The position numbers and the translations under genes were made by a program. Shown here in pieces: positions 52,934-63,269 of a stretch of DNA of 64,000 nucleotides. Origin of the DNA: Pirellulales bacterium (lineage in GTDB: Bacteria; Planctomycetota; Planctomycetia; Pirellulales; Thermoguttaceae); assembly GCA_963844755.1 (NCBI GenBank), contig CAWJPM010000008.1, positions 69,788 through 133,787 on the forward strand, written 5' to 3'. Positions within the stretch are counted from its first letter, which is position 1, and each line of letters opens with the position of its first letter. The notes beneath the pieces were generated by a model. That model saw only the letters and a program-made list of their open reading frames with translations, was not told where the DNA came from and made no database searches.

Positions 52934-54375
52934 TTAAACTTTCACGTCTGCTTCAGCGATGCCAATCGTGCCGTATTTTGTGCGGATGGGGGCGATAACT
53001 TCTTCAAGGAACTCGTCCACCTGTTGCGGGGCGCGGCCGACGAATTGCGAAGGTTCCATCACGGCCGTGAGATCCACTTTGGCAAAGGCCGGATCGGCGG
53101 CCAGCCGGGCAATCAAATCGTTTTGGCCGCCTTGTTCTTTGACTACTGCCGCGGCGGCCTGGCTGTGACGGCGGATCCGCTCGTGCAGATCCTGCCGGTC
53201 GCCGCCGGCGGCCACGGCGGCCATGAGGATGTTTTCGCTGGCCATGAAGGGCAATTCGGCCGCCAAATGGGCGGCAATCACCTTGGGATAAACCACCAGC
53301 CCGCCGGTCACGTTCTGGCAGAGGATTAGCACGGCGTCGGCGGCCAAAAAGGCCTGCGGAAGCGTGAGGCGGCGATTGGCGCTGTCGTCCAGCGTGCGTT
53401 CCAGCCATTGCACGGCCATGGTTTGCGCGGCGCTGGATTCGAGACTCATTACAAATCGGGCCAACGAGCAGATCCGTTCGCATCGCATGGGGTTCCGCTT
53501 GTAGGCCATGGCCGAGGAGCCGATCTGCTCGGTTTCAAAGGGTTCTTCCAGTTCCTTGCGATGGGCCAAAAGCCGGATGTCGGTGGCCATTTTGTGGGCG
53601 CTTTGGGCAACGCCCGAGAGCACGGCGAGCGCCTGGGAATCGATCTTTCGCGAATAGGTCTGGCCGCTTACGGCATGAGCGGCGTCAAAGCCGATCTTGC
53701 GGCAGATGAGTTTTTCCAATTTGTGGACTTTTTCGTGGTCGCCGTGGAAGAGTTCCAGAAAACTCGCCTGCGTGCCGGTGGTTCCTTTTGAGCCCAGGGC
53801 CTTGAGACTTGCCAAACGATGTTCGATTTCGGCCAGGTCCATGACAAAATCGTACGCCCAGAGACAGGCCCGCTTGCCCACGGTGGTCGGCTGGGCCGGC
53901 TGCAGATGCGTGAAGCCCAGGCAAGGCAGGTCGCGGTACTTTTGGGCGAACTCGGCCAGAGTCGCTCGATCACCGCCACCACCCGGCCGCGGATACGCTG
54001 CAAGGCCTCGCGTAATAAAATCAGGTCGGTATTGTCGGTAACGTAGCAACTGGTAGCACCAAGATGGATGATCGCCCGGGCGTCGGGACAGACGTCGCCG
54101 TAGGCATGCACGTGTGCCATAACATCGTGGCGCAAGCGCCGCTCGTGACGCTCGGCATTCTCGAAATCGATATCATCCACGTGGGCCCTAAGCTGTTCGA
54201 TCTGTGCCCGGGTGATGGGCAGCCCCAGTTCGGCCTCGGCCTCGGCCAGTGCCACCCAAAGCCTGCGCCAAGTGCTGAACTTCCGTCGCGGCCCCCAAAG
54301 GGCGACCATCTCCGGCGAGGCGTAACGGGTGATAAGGGGATTGTCGTATTGGATGTAGTCGGGATTATTTGTCAT
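52934..54375 (-). CDS. purB: adenylosuccinate lyase; frameshift near 53975
   Basis: ORF 53668..54408 (start taken at ATG 54375: [23 protein letters not shown]...[12 protein letters not shown]) joins ORF 52934..54049 ([16 protein letters not shown]...[15 protein letters not shown]). Confidence 0.9.
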
Positions 54376-54378
54376 GGT

Positions 54379-54410
54379 TTTTTGGGCACTAAATCGCGAT
54401 TTTTCCACGT
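54379..54410 (-). promoter_or_regulatory. copy D of the 32-nt motif, ending 3 nt before the purB ATG
   Basis: The minus strand reads acgtggaaaaatcgcgatttagtgcccaaaaaaccATG. Confidence 0.6.
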
Positions 54411-54456
54411 TACTGATGTGGCTTACTGATTATTTTGCTTAAAAACAAGTGAATAA

Positions 54457-54487
54457 CTTTGGTCACCAAAATCGTGTTTTTCCACGT
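54457..54487 (-). promoter_or_regulatory. copy E of the 32-nt motif, 78 nt upstream of copy D
   Basis: The minus strand reads acgtggaaaaacacgattttggtgaccaaag. Confidence 0.55.
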
Positions 54488-54665
54488 TTATACGCTCACC
54501 TCCCGCCATCTTTCGTTCCAAAGGGGGAGTCCATTCGCAGTCAAAACCTATGTATGAGAATTATTATAATAATGCAACGCGATGATTGTAGCAGATCGTG
54601 CTGCGGATTTCTAGTAAAGAATTGGCCACTTGGAGCAAATAACATAAGCCATTTTGATTGGAAGA

Positions 54666-55076
54666 TTATTTGTTAGATTTACTACCGGTAAGTAACGTGA
54701 AAGAAAATGTATTCGGATCATCTTTATTTGGTAAATTAATATCTTGGCGAATTGCCAATACTAATTCTCTAAGCAATGCGTCCTGTCGATCTATTGAAAA
54801 GTTTTCATTTGAAAGCTCATTGTTTAATTCCATCCATACAGAAATGACAGTTTGCGGTGCAATAATTGCTAAATCATTGCTTGCATGGGCCATTTTTTCA
54901 AGAACCTTTTTATCACCTTTGTTATTTGCGAGATCCGAAAGTGCAGAAAGGAATGTTTTGTAATGATTGATTTTCTCCCGTTGCCATTCCATTTTACGTT
55001 CGTAATACTTCGTAAGGTAAAATGAAAGCGCCGCTCCTGCAACTGCTATAATGGCAGCCCATACTGAGGCTTCCAT
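54666..55076 (-). CDS. hypothetical protein with one N-terminal TM helix and a helical domain; low-GC orphan downstream of vapC
   Basis: 136-aa ORF at about 37% GC, 19 nt after the vapC stop on the same strand. I recognise no family. Confidence 0.5.
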   Translation of the reverse strand: MEASVWAAIIAVAGAALSFYLTKYYERKMEWQREKINHYKTFLSALSDLANNKGDKKVLEKMAHASNDLAIIAPQTVISVWMELNNELSNENFSIDRQDALLRELVLAIRQDINLPNKDDPNTFSFTLLTGSKSNK

Positions 55077-55095
55077 AATAATGTCTCCAATAAGA

Positions 55096-55494
55096 TTAAG
55101 TTAGCCAATCTTCTATCCGCAGATTTGGGATTTTAACAAAATCCGCCGTATTATGCGTCACCAGAGTTAAATCGTTAGCCAGTGCAATAGAAGCAATCGC
55201 AAGATCCATAAAGCTGAAAACGATTCCTTGACGGATAAAACTTCCTCGAATCTTGCCAAATTCGAACGCGGCAAATTCATCGAATGGAAGAATTTTCACG
55301 TCTTCGATCAATTCGTTTTCGATTAATTTCAAGAGTTCACTTGGATTATCCCGGCTGTAAGCCCAGGCATATAATTCACCAAGGACTATAGTAGGTAAAT
55401 GCAGCCTGCCTGCATATTGAATAAACTTATGTGTGAAAATGGTAGTTCTGCGGAGATGCGCGGAGCAGATATTGGTATCCAATAGAAAACTCAT
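55096..55494 (-). CDS. vapC: type II toxin VapC (PIN-domain ribonuclease)
   Basis: MSFLLDTNICSAHL..., LGELYAW, FMDLAIASIAL and THNTADF carry the PIN acidic residues. There is a 4-nt overlap with the upstream antitoxin. Confidence 0.85.
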   Translation of the reverse strand: MSFLLDTNICSAHLRRTTIFTHKFIQYAGRLHLPTIVLGELYAWAYSRDNPSELLKLIENELIEDVKILPFDEFAAFEFGKIRGSFIRQGIVFSFMDLAIASIALANDLTLVTHNTADFVKIPNLRIEDWLT

Positions 55495-55736
55495 TCGGGA
55501 ATCTCCCTGCCCGTGTCGCATTTTCGTTGACGGTGCAGTTCATCGAGGATTTTATCGTCTTGATCGGTCCATGAGTTGGCAAGTGCACCTGCCGAATTTT
55601 TAAGTCCTTCGCCCCAGGGACGTGATTTTTTGGCGACTGATAGGATTACCCGTACTTCTTGTCCGTCGCTTATGCCGGGATTTTCCTTTAGCTCTATAGT
55701 ATTTCCGTGAACAATGCCGTGTACGATTTTATTCAT
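55491..55736 (-). CDS. vapB: type II antitoxin (VapB-like, small beta-barrel N-domain plus C-terminal toxin-binding tail)
   Basis: 81 aa. GNTIELKENPGISDGQEVRVIL and the position and overlap with vapC support the call. Confidence 0.65.
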   Translation of the reverse strand: MNKIVHGIVHGNTIELKENPGISDGQEVRVILSVAKKSRPWGEGLKNSAGALANSWTDQDDKILDELHRQRKCDTGREIPE

Positions 55737-55854
55737 GAATTTTACCTCCTTGGCTTAATTGCCATTTTAATATTAACAAATTCCGAAGCATTTTTTTTAT
55801 CTCCCATCATTATATCATAACATAACGATTAACCAAGATGTCGGCTCAAGAGCA

Positions 55855-56178
55855 GGAGCCCCGTTGAACGGGGCTGACAGAGAACGGCATATCGGGACGC
55901 CTTTCTTACTCGGCGTAAACGCCGGGCCTAAGACCGCCTGCGGCGGACAACGCCCATAAATGGGCGTAAAACTTGAGGCATAAATCGGGTTCCCACGCAG
56001 AGCGTGGGAACGAGTGATTCGGTTGGTGCCCGGTCGCGGCCAATCTTAACGCTCCCCGACCAACCTGCGGTCGGTGCCCGGTCGCTGCTAAACAATTCCC
56101 AATCCCTTTGGTGGTCAGTAAACTGACCACCCCACTTTATCTCCAATCCCAATAGCGCGACCAATGGTCGCGGCTTTA
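55855..56178 (+). repeat. array of at least 8 different short perfect hairpins plus a 20-nt direct repeat
   Basis: AGCCCCG-ttgaa-CGGGGCT; GGCGT-aa-ACGCC; CCGCC-tgc-GGCGG; CGCCCAT-aa-ATGGGCG; GTTCCCACGC-aga-GCGTGGGAAC; cggttggtgcccggtcgcgg / cggtcggtgcccggtcgctg; GGTGGTCAG-taaa-CTGACCACC; GCGACC-aat-GGTCGC. Confidence 0.8.
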
Positions 56179-57610
56179 CATATTTGTGGCGTCATCGGTG
56201 GCGCCGGAGATGAGGCGGTCCATGGCGGCGGCCAGTTCGGCGTTGTGGCGGTTGTCCTGGGCGTAAATGCGGCAGATGCGGTAGCAGATGGCGATGCGGC
56301 GGAAGAGTTCGCGGTCGTCGAGGCTGCGGATTCGGCCGTTTACCGGATCGTAAAGGAAATTCTGGCCTGCCGCCGGAGTATGGGCGCCGGGGCGATGCAC
56401 GTGCCGGGCGGTATCGACGCGGATGGGCAAGTCCTTCAGTTCCTTGGGCAGGGCGCCGCGCACGGCCGCCTCGAACGATTTTTCGCTGCCAAACACGCTG
56501 CTTTGCTCGGATTCGCCGGGGGCGAAGAAAATCGTCTGCTCGCAGGCCATTTTCCAGCGGAGATGCCGGCCCAGGAATTGCTGCCATTGCCGGCCCAGGT
56601 CGCGGAGTTTCGGGTCGTTGCTTTTCGGCCAGGCGGAAACCTGCATCAACAGCGACCATTCGGTCAATTGCTGATACTCGTCGAGATGTTCCAGCGGATT
56701 GCCCGGAAAGAGGAATGGTTTGCTTTCCAGGAAAAGTTCCTGCAATCCCAGGTCGATCGCCCGGACGGTGCGATGAAAATATATGGCCCGAAACAGTTCG
56801 GCCCGCATGGAGATGAACCGCACCAAGGCCGACAGGCCGCGTTCGTGGATGGTAAGTCCTTTTTCGGTGAACATGCTGTAGTGCAGGAGCCGGTCGAGGT
56901 CGAAGGCCTTGGTGCTGTAGCCGGACATGTAGGCGTCGCGGAGCACGAAATCCATGTTGTCGACCGTGTACAGGCCGCTGAACAGGCTGCGCAAAAAACG
57001 CAGCCATTTGGGCACTGTTGGGGCGCAGTTAAACTGTCGCCAACCTTGTTAGTTTTTGAGGCCGGGTGATGAGGAATGTGATCTGCTGGGGATCGAGCGT
57101 TTCGCCGCTATCGAGACTGGTGTTTGGATTGCGGCGAATGCGGGCGATCAGATCGGCAAAGTCGCGGCGGATGATTTCGCTGCCCAGGGTTTCGTGGGTC
57201 AAGCCATAGTCGGCCAGAAAATGCTCGTCGAAAAAATGGCCGAACGGCCCGTGGCCCACGTCGTGCAAAAGCGCGGCCAAGCGCATGAGCGATTCGACGT
57301 AACCGCGGCTGGGCACGTCCGGACAAACGTCTTTGAGGCTGTCGAAAAGCGTCTCGACCGTGCGGCTGGCCAGGTGCATCGAGCCCAAAACATGCTGGAA
57401 CCGGGTGTGCTCGGCAGTGGGAAAGACCCACCAGGCCGTTTGCAACTGGTGAATCTGGCGGAGCCGCTGCAGCCAGGGATGGTCGATGATCTGCTGCTCG
57501 GTCGCTTCGTCGCCGGGGGCGTCCGAAGCGAGGGCACTTACCGAGGATGTGAAGGGAATATACCCGTGAATCGGATCGTGGCTTAGGCTTTCGTGCTGGA
57601 AATCTCGCAT
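56176..57610 (-). CDS. HD-domain deoxynucleoside triphosphate triphosphohydrolase-like protein (SAMHD1/Dgt-like); frameshift near 57020
   Basis: ORF 57029..57610 (RFQHVLGSMHLA...LLHDVGHGPFGHFFD) joins ORF 56176..57015 (YTVDNMDFVLRDAYMSG...). Confidence 0.75.
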
Positions 57611-58094
57611 GGACGGTATTATGACAGGGCTAGTGGATAGGGACTAGAGGCTAGGGGTTGATTGACTGAGTCACTGGTCTAGGTTTAAGAGCCTATGCCA
57701 AGACATAAAACTTCATACAGACAAGGATTAGAACTGCGAATTCATCGCGATTAGCCCTCACTAGCGCTCTCCAATGGAGATGGGTCAGGATGGCTAAGTG
57801 CGATTGGAACAGTATCAAATTGTGAATCAAACTGCAAATGAAATGGGAAACAGTGAGAATATAGGATGACTGGCGAATATACAAAGAGTTTACCGTGTAA
57901 AATATTTGAAAAAATGTATTCGATTCGGTCAATCGGCAAAGAATGAACAACCCAATTCATTTTCCCAGTTTTGCCGACCGATCTAGCGTAAGGCGGCGTG
58001 TGGTAATACACTTTCGTCTAGAACTATTGACTTTTCCGATTAGGAAAACTGCGTCAATTAAAGCTTCCTCCTCAGTTATTTAAGGAGTTTTGCA

Positions 58095-60297
58095 GTGATG
58101 CGTATTGCAACTTGGATATGTTCGGGACTGATTTGTTTTGTTATTGCTCTTGGAAGGTCGAATCTTTGCCGAGGCGGTTCCTCCCGGCGAATTCTTATTT
58201 CCCGATACTACCCGGGGTTTTATAGCCATAACCAAATTCGACACGTTAAGCGAGAATTACAACAAGACCCAACTGGGAAAACTTACCGCCGATCCGAAGA
58301 TGGAGGCGTTCACGAAGGACGTGCGGCGGCAGTTTGAAATCCGCTGGTCGGCGGTTCACGCCCGCCTGGGATTGACCCTGGACGATTTGAAGGAAGTGTC
58401 GAGCGGCGAGGTGTGCGTGGGACTTATCGAGCCGGTTGAAAACACCTCGGCCCTGGCGATCGTGATCGATGCGACGCGGGAAACTGGACAAGGCCCGCGA
58501 ACTGATGGACCGGGTAAAAAAGAATCTTACGGACCAGGGCGGCAAGCGAACTGTTTTGAAAGTGGAGGAATGTCCCGATCAGGTGATTCAATTCGAGATG
58601 CCCATTCCCCCGGAGGAGCAAGAGGCCGCGGCCAGCAAATTACCTGGGGGTCGGCAGACTGAATCGGCCAGGCGCGGCTGCGGGCAAGGATCAGCCCAAG
58701 CCCCGCTTGTCATATTATGTTCTGACTGGAAACGTGCTATGTTCTTCGGACGATTTGGCGGTCATGCGAGGGATTCTCGGCCGGCTGGCGGGCAAAAAAG
58801 GCGGCAGCTTGTCGGAGGTTGAGGGTTTCAACAAGGTCCTGGAGCGATGCAAGACGGATATTCCCGACATTACGCCGCAAATTCGCTGGTTTATTTATCC
58901 GTTGGGCTATGCGGCGGCTGCCCGGGCCGCCCAACCGCCGCAACAGCGCCGCAAAGGCAAAAGCATCTTGGAAATAATGCGCAACCAGGGCGTGGGGGCG
59001 ATTCAAGGGCATGGGCGGATACGCCAGTTTTTCATCGGAGGGATTCGACCTGGTGCACCGCACCGCCGTATATGCCCCCTTGCCCTACAAGAATGCCATG
59101 AAAATGCTGGTGCTTCTTAACGGCAAGGATTACACGCCGCAAAAGTGGGTGCCGCGCGAGATTGCCACATACAGCACGTTATATTTCGACGTCCTTAATG
59201 CCTTTGACAATTTCGGTCCGTTGTTTGACGAACTGTACGGGGCGGGCGAATCGGGCGCATGGGCCGACGTGCTTAAAGGAGAGAAAGAAGATCCCAACGG
59301 GCCGCAAATCGACCTGCGCGAGGAGTTGTTCAAGAAACTGGGACAGCGGGTGTCGATGTTGACCGATTATGAATTGCCCATCACCACCGCCAGCGAACGG
59401 CTGTTGTTCGCCATCGAGAGCACCGACGACAAGGCCGTGGCCAAGGCGCTGCAAAAGTGGTTTGGAAACGATCCTACCGCCAAGCGGCGCGAAATCGACG
59501 GTCACGTGATCTGGGAGATCGTGGAAAACGAGGGGCCGGAGATGGACACGCCCGGAGGTTTCGCTGGGAGACGTGCCCGACCTGGTGCCCCAGGCGAAAC
59601 GGAAAAAGACCAATCAGCAAAACGTCATGCCGCACGCGGCGTCCACGGTGGTGGACGGGAACCTGTTCATCGCCTCGCACTTGGATTTCCTGCTGAAAGT
59701 GTTGAGGTCCGACGATCCGCTGGTCAAGGACGTTGATTATCAGATGGTCAAGGAAACCATCGATCAAATGGTTCCGCAAGACAAGTGCGGCAGGATATTT
59801 TCGCGGACCGACGAGGAATATCGCCCCACGTATGAAATGATCAAGCAGAACAAGATGCCGGAAAGCGAGTCGATGTTTGCCAAGTTTTTGAACAATCTTT
59901 TTGGGGAAGGCAAGAAGGGCGCGAGGCAGCAAAAGATCGACGGCAGCAAAATGCCCGACTACGAAATGGTGCGCCATTACCTCAACCCGGCCGGCATGCA
60001 AATAACAAGCGAGAAAGACGGCTGGTTCCTTAAGGGTTTCACACTGAATATGGAAGCCGTTAAAGGCGAGCAAACCGTTCAGTCATCGCAATCGCAGACG
60101 CCGGCGGAGCCGCAAACGAAACCGGACTCGCAAAACTCATCACGCTCCAAAAACGCCCGCCGAAGCAAAAACGCCGGATGGTCCAGCCGACATCCGCGGA
60201 TCCGGCAACGCCGCCGGAAAGCAAGACTCAACTGGAACCGCAAGTGCAAGCCGAATTGCAATCGAAGCAAGCGGAAAACAGCACGGTTAAAAAATAG
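58095..60297 (+). CDS. large conserved-looking secreted protein of unknown function; multiple frameshifts
   Basis: Signal peptide MMRIATWICSGLICFVIAL. Colinear pieces are ORFs 58138..58662, 58707..59120, 59011..59736 and 59573..60361. The Lys/Gln/Pro-rich tail ends at TAG 60295-60297. Confidence 0.5.
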
Positions 60298-60325
60298 AGA
60301 ACCGAACTGTGCATCTGTTCTTATT

Positions 60326-62829
60326 TTACCCGCGCGGCCCGGCGGCGCTGTCCAGGCGTAACCAGAAGGGATGCTGGCGGTCGCCGCGAGTGCGGACGTC
60401 TTCGAGGAGCGTGCGGAGATCGGGCTGGAGAAACGGCTCCCTGGCGTTGATCGTCTGCCCGTTGACGTCGATGCTTGCGCGCTGTTTGAAATCGAGCATC
60501 TGCGGCGAGAGCCAGACGGTTACTTGCGCGCTTCCGGCAAAGACGTTGATATTGTTTCCGGTGATCTTTCCCTTGACTTGTGCGGCCCGAGTTCCGGCTG
60601 GAGGGGGCCAGTGATCGGGATCGACCTGCGATTTGGGCGGCATGCCTTCCAACTCCACCCACCAAAAAAAGGAATCCCCATCGCGCATCGTCGAGCAGGT
60701 GAATTCGCGGGGAAAGAAATTGCGGCGGAATCGGCCCATCCAATCGAAGATTCGCAGTATTTCCTCGTGAAAATCGTCGTGGCCGCGGCCCTCGTACTCG
60801 ATCACGGTGGCATCGTAACCGCGCTTCAAGTAGCGGTCCAGATCAAGGGCGTTTTTGGTGAGTTTTGCGCCGTCGAGTTCGCCGAGAACCACGTAAAAGG
60901 GCACGTATTTGGCGTTTTCCGAATAGAAGTTGCAATAGCGGTCGGCCTGAGCCGAGATGGGGATCACGCCTGCCCAAAGATCGGGATGGGCCAGGCCGAT
61001 GTCCCAAGCGGCGTCGCCGCCCATGGAATAGCCGGACAAGTAAACGCGATCGGTGTCGATGGAAAACCGGCGGCAGGCGTCGCGGAGCTGTTCAACACGG
61101 CGGCGTGTTCCCGGGCGGAGTAGTTGTATTGTTTTTGATGTTCCACGGTCCACTCCGGGGCGATTACGATGTAACCGTATCGGGCCGCATGACCGTTGCG
61201 CGACATGGAGAAGGGCGGGGGCTTTTTCAGCCGGCTTTTTCTCGCCGGGCTGTTTTTCATCCGGTTTTATTTCACCTGCGCGGGAGGATTGGCGGCGTTT
61301 TCGTTTTTTTCCGAGGCCTGGCCGGGTTTAACCCAATCGCCCGCCCACCAGTCGATCTGGCTTTCGGCGGTATTGCCCGCGCCGCTGAGCGTGACAATGG
61401 CGGGATATAGTTTATAGGGATCGTATTCGGGCGGGAGTTGCACCCAATAAGTAATCGGCGGCTCCTTGGGCAAACCGGGCACTTCCAATTTGTAATAACC
61501 CGGCTGCTGGGGCGAGACTGCCTGGGGCGGATCGACGGGCGGTTTCATGTGCGATAAAAGATCGGCGATCAGACCGGGCGACGATCCTTCCTGGGATTTG
61601 AGGCCGTCGAGAATCGCTTCTCGCTTGATTTTTACCGGCTCGTTCAGATATTCCCGCAATTTGCCGCGGAGGTTGTATATCGACAGGGCCACGGGCAATT
61701 GGTCGATGGCCGAATCGCTGCCCAAGAGCCAACCGCTTGTGGCCAGGGCCAGTTTTTCTTGGGCCGGCATTTGGGCGTCGTCGGCGTTTTGCAGGAAAGC
61801 GGCCATGCGATCGATGGTGTTGAAACTCAATTCGGCGGCCATTTCATCGCGAATTTTACGAAGTTGTTCCCGCTGGTAAGCGTCGGGAATTTTGGGCAGC
61901 AAGGCGTCGAATTTATCCAAGGTTTTAACGCAGCGGGCGGCCTTGGTTTCATAATCTTGCAGCATGTCTCCGGCGCCTTGGAGGATTTCGCCGCCCACCT
62001 CGTCGGAAGGAAATTTCTTCAGGCCATCCCAAACCAAGCCATGCTGGCCGGCGTCGCGGCGGAGTTTCAATTCCGTCAAAAGCTGTTGGGCCGACAATTG
62101 CTTGATGGCCCTCAGGGACGGGGCCAACTGCTCTTTCAGGTCTTTCCGGTCGGGAAATGCCTGCAACAAGTCGTCCAGGGCTTGCCGGGCCTCGGCGTAG
62201 CGCTCGGCCTGCAGGTAGAAGCGGGCGATTTTCTTGTAATTTTCCACGTCCTTGGTATTGATCTGCTTCAGGAGGATTTTTTGCAGCACGTCGCGGGGAA
62301 TGGAACTGGTGGCGATGCGCATGTCCCAGACGTGCGTAATGCCCTCGACCTTGGCCCAGTGGGGCGTCAGCTCGGTGATGCCTTGAATTATGTCAACCGG
62401 GCCTTTTACCGTGTACATGGTGAAGATCCGCCGGCCGAATTCGTCGAAAGGCTGCACGCGCATGGCCGGCCCGACGCTGCGAATGATCTGGCCGTTGCGC
62501 ATGGCGCGTTGATGGAGGTTGAATTTTTCCTCGCCCTGCCCGGCCTCATCCTGGCGGACCTCCTTTACCAGGCGTTTGGAAACGAAAGTGCGGCTGAGAT
62601 CGTCGTCCATCAACAAAATCGTGGGGGCCGGCCCTTCGCCGTCAGGACTGAAGGGCTGCGGAATGTCGGCCAGACCGGTGATTTCGCCCAGTTTGCCGTG
62701 AAGCGTTCGGCCGTCTTTTAATACCACGTCGGTTGCCAAGGCCTGTCCGGCCGGGATAATCGCAATTGCCCAGCAAAAAATCCAAGCCAAAAATATGCCC
62801 GGCGATGCACGGCCGAATCGGATCATCAT
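60326..62829 (-). CDS. secreted protein with an N-terminal helical/TPR-like region and a C-terminal alpha/beta-hydrolase (esterase/peptidase S9-like) domain; frameshifts near 61265 and 61130
   Basis: ORF 61267..62829 (signal peptide, ...YWVQLPPEYDP..YPAIVTLSGAG), ORF 60964..61260 (..GYIVIAPEW) and ORF 60326..61153 (VYLSGYSMGGDAAW nucleophile elbow, GELD, GRGHD). Confidence 0.65.
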
Positions 62830-63269
62830 TTCGCTAACCTATTCGCACTATGTATTCCATACATTTCATTGTGAATCAGTGTTAAAACAAGTCAAGCGCC
62901 GGGTGCTCTCTATATTCTAGCATCGAGAACTGTTCCCATGGGTTGCCATAACTCAAGTGATAACAACGCAATGCGTATGAAATCAAAAATGCAGAGGGGA
63001 CTGTGAATGGCATTAATGTCGCCAAATGCTGGAATCATTTAGAGGGAGTAGTTGCAACCCCCCGGCCAATTGACTATATTATCAGGTAATTGGCGACACA
63101 TTGGGAAATCTACCACTAGTGATATTTCATCTCAGAACCGAACGAGGAAAAAAGAGAAGGGCGTAGTCCGGCCATGGAGACAACTTGAAATACTCGCAAG
63201 CGTCAAGGTTGCAGTTCCAGGAATGGATTTATTTCGTCGCTACTTTTTCATTGGTGGAGGGCCATACAC

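Noticed and set aside
56164-57586. Plus-strand ORFs 56164..57069 and 57056..57586, and the minus-strand alternative frame 56192..57007
   Set aside because: They overlap the HD phosphohydrolase gene, whose two frames carry the conserved HD and C-terminal motifs.
60371-62721. Plus-strand ORFs 60371..61123 and 61699..62721
   Set aside because: They are antisense to the TPR/alpha-beta-hydrolase gene, which has the nucleophile elbow and a signal peptide on the minus strand.
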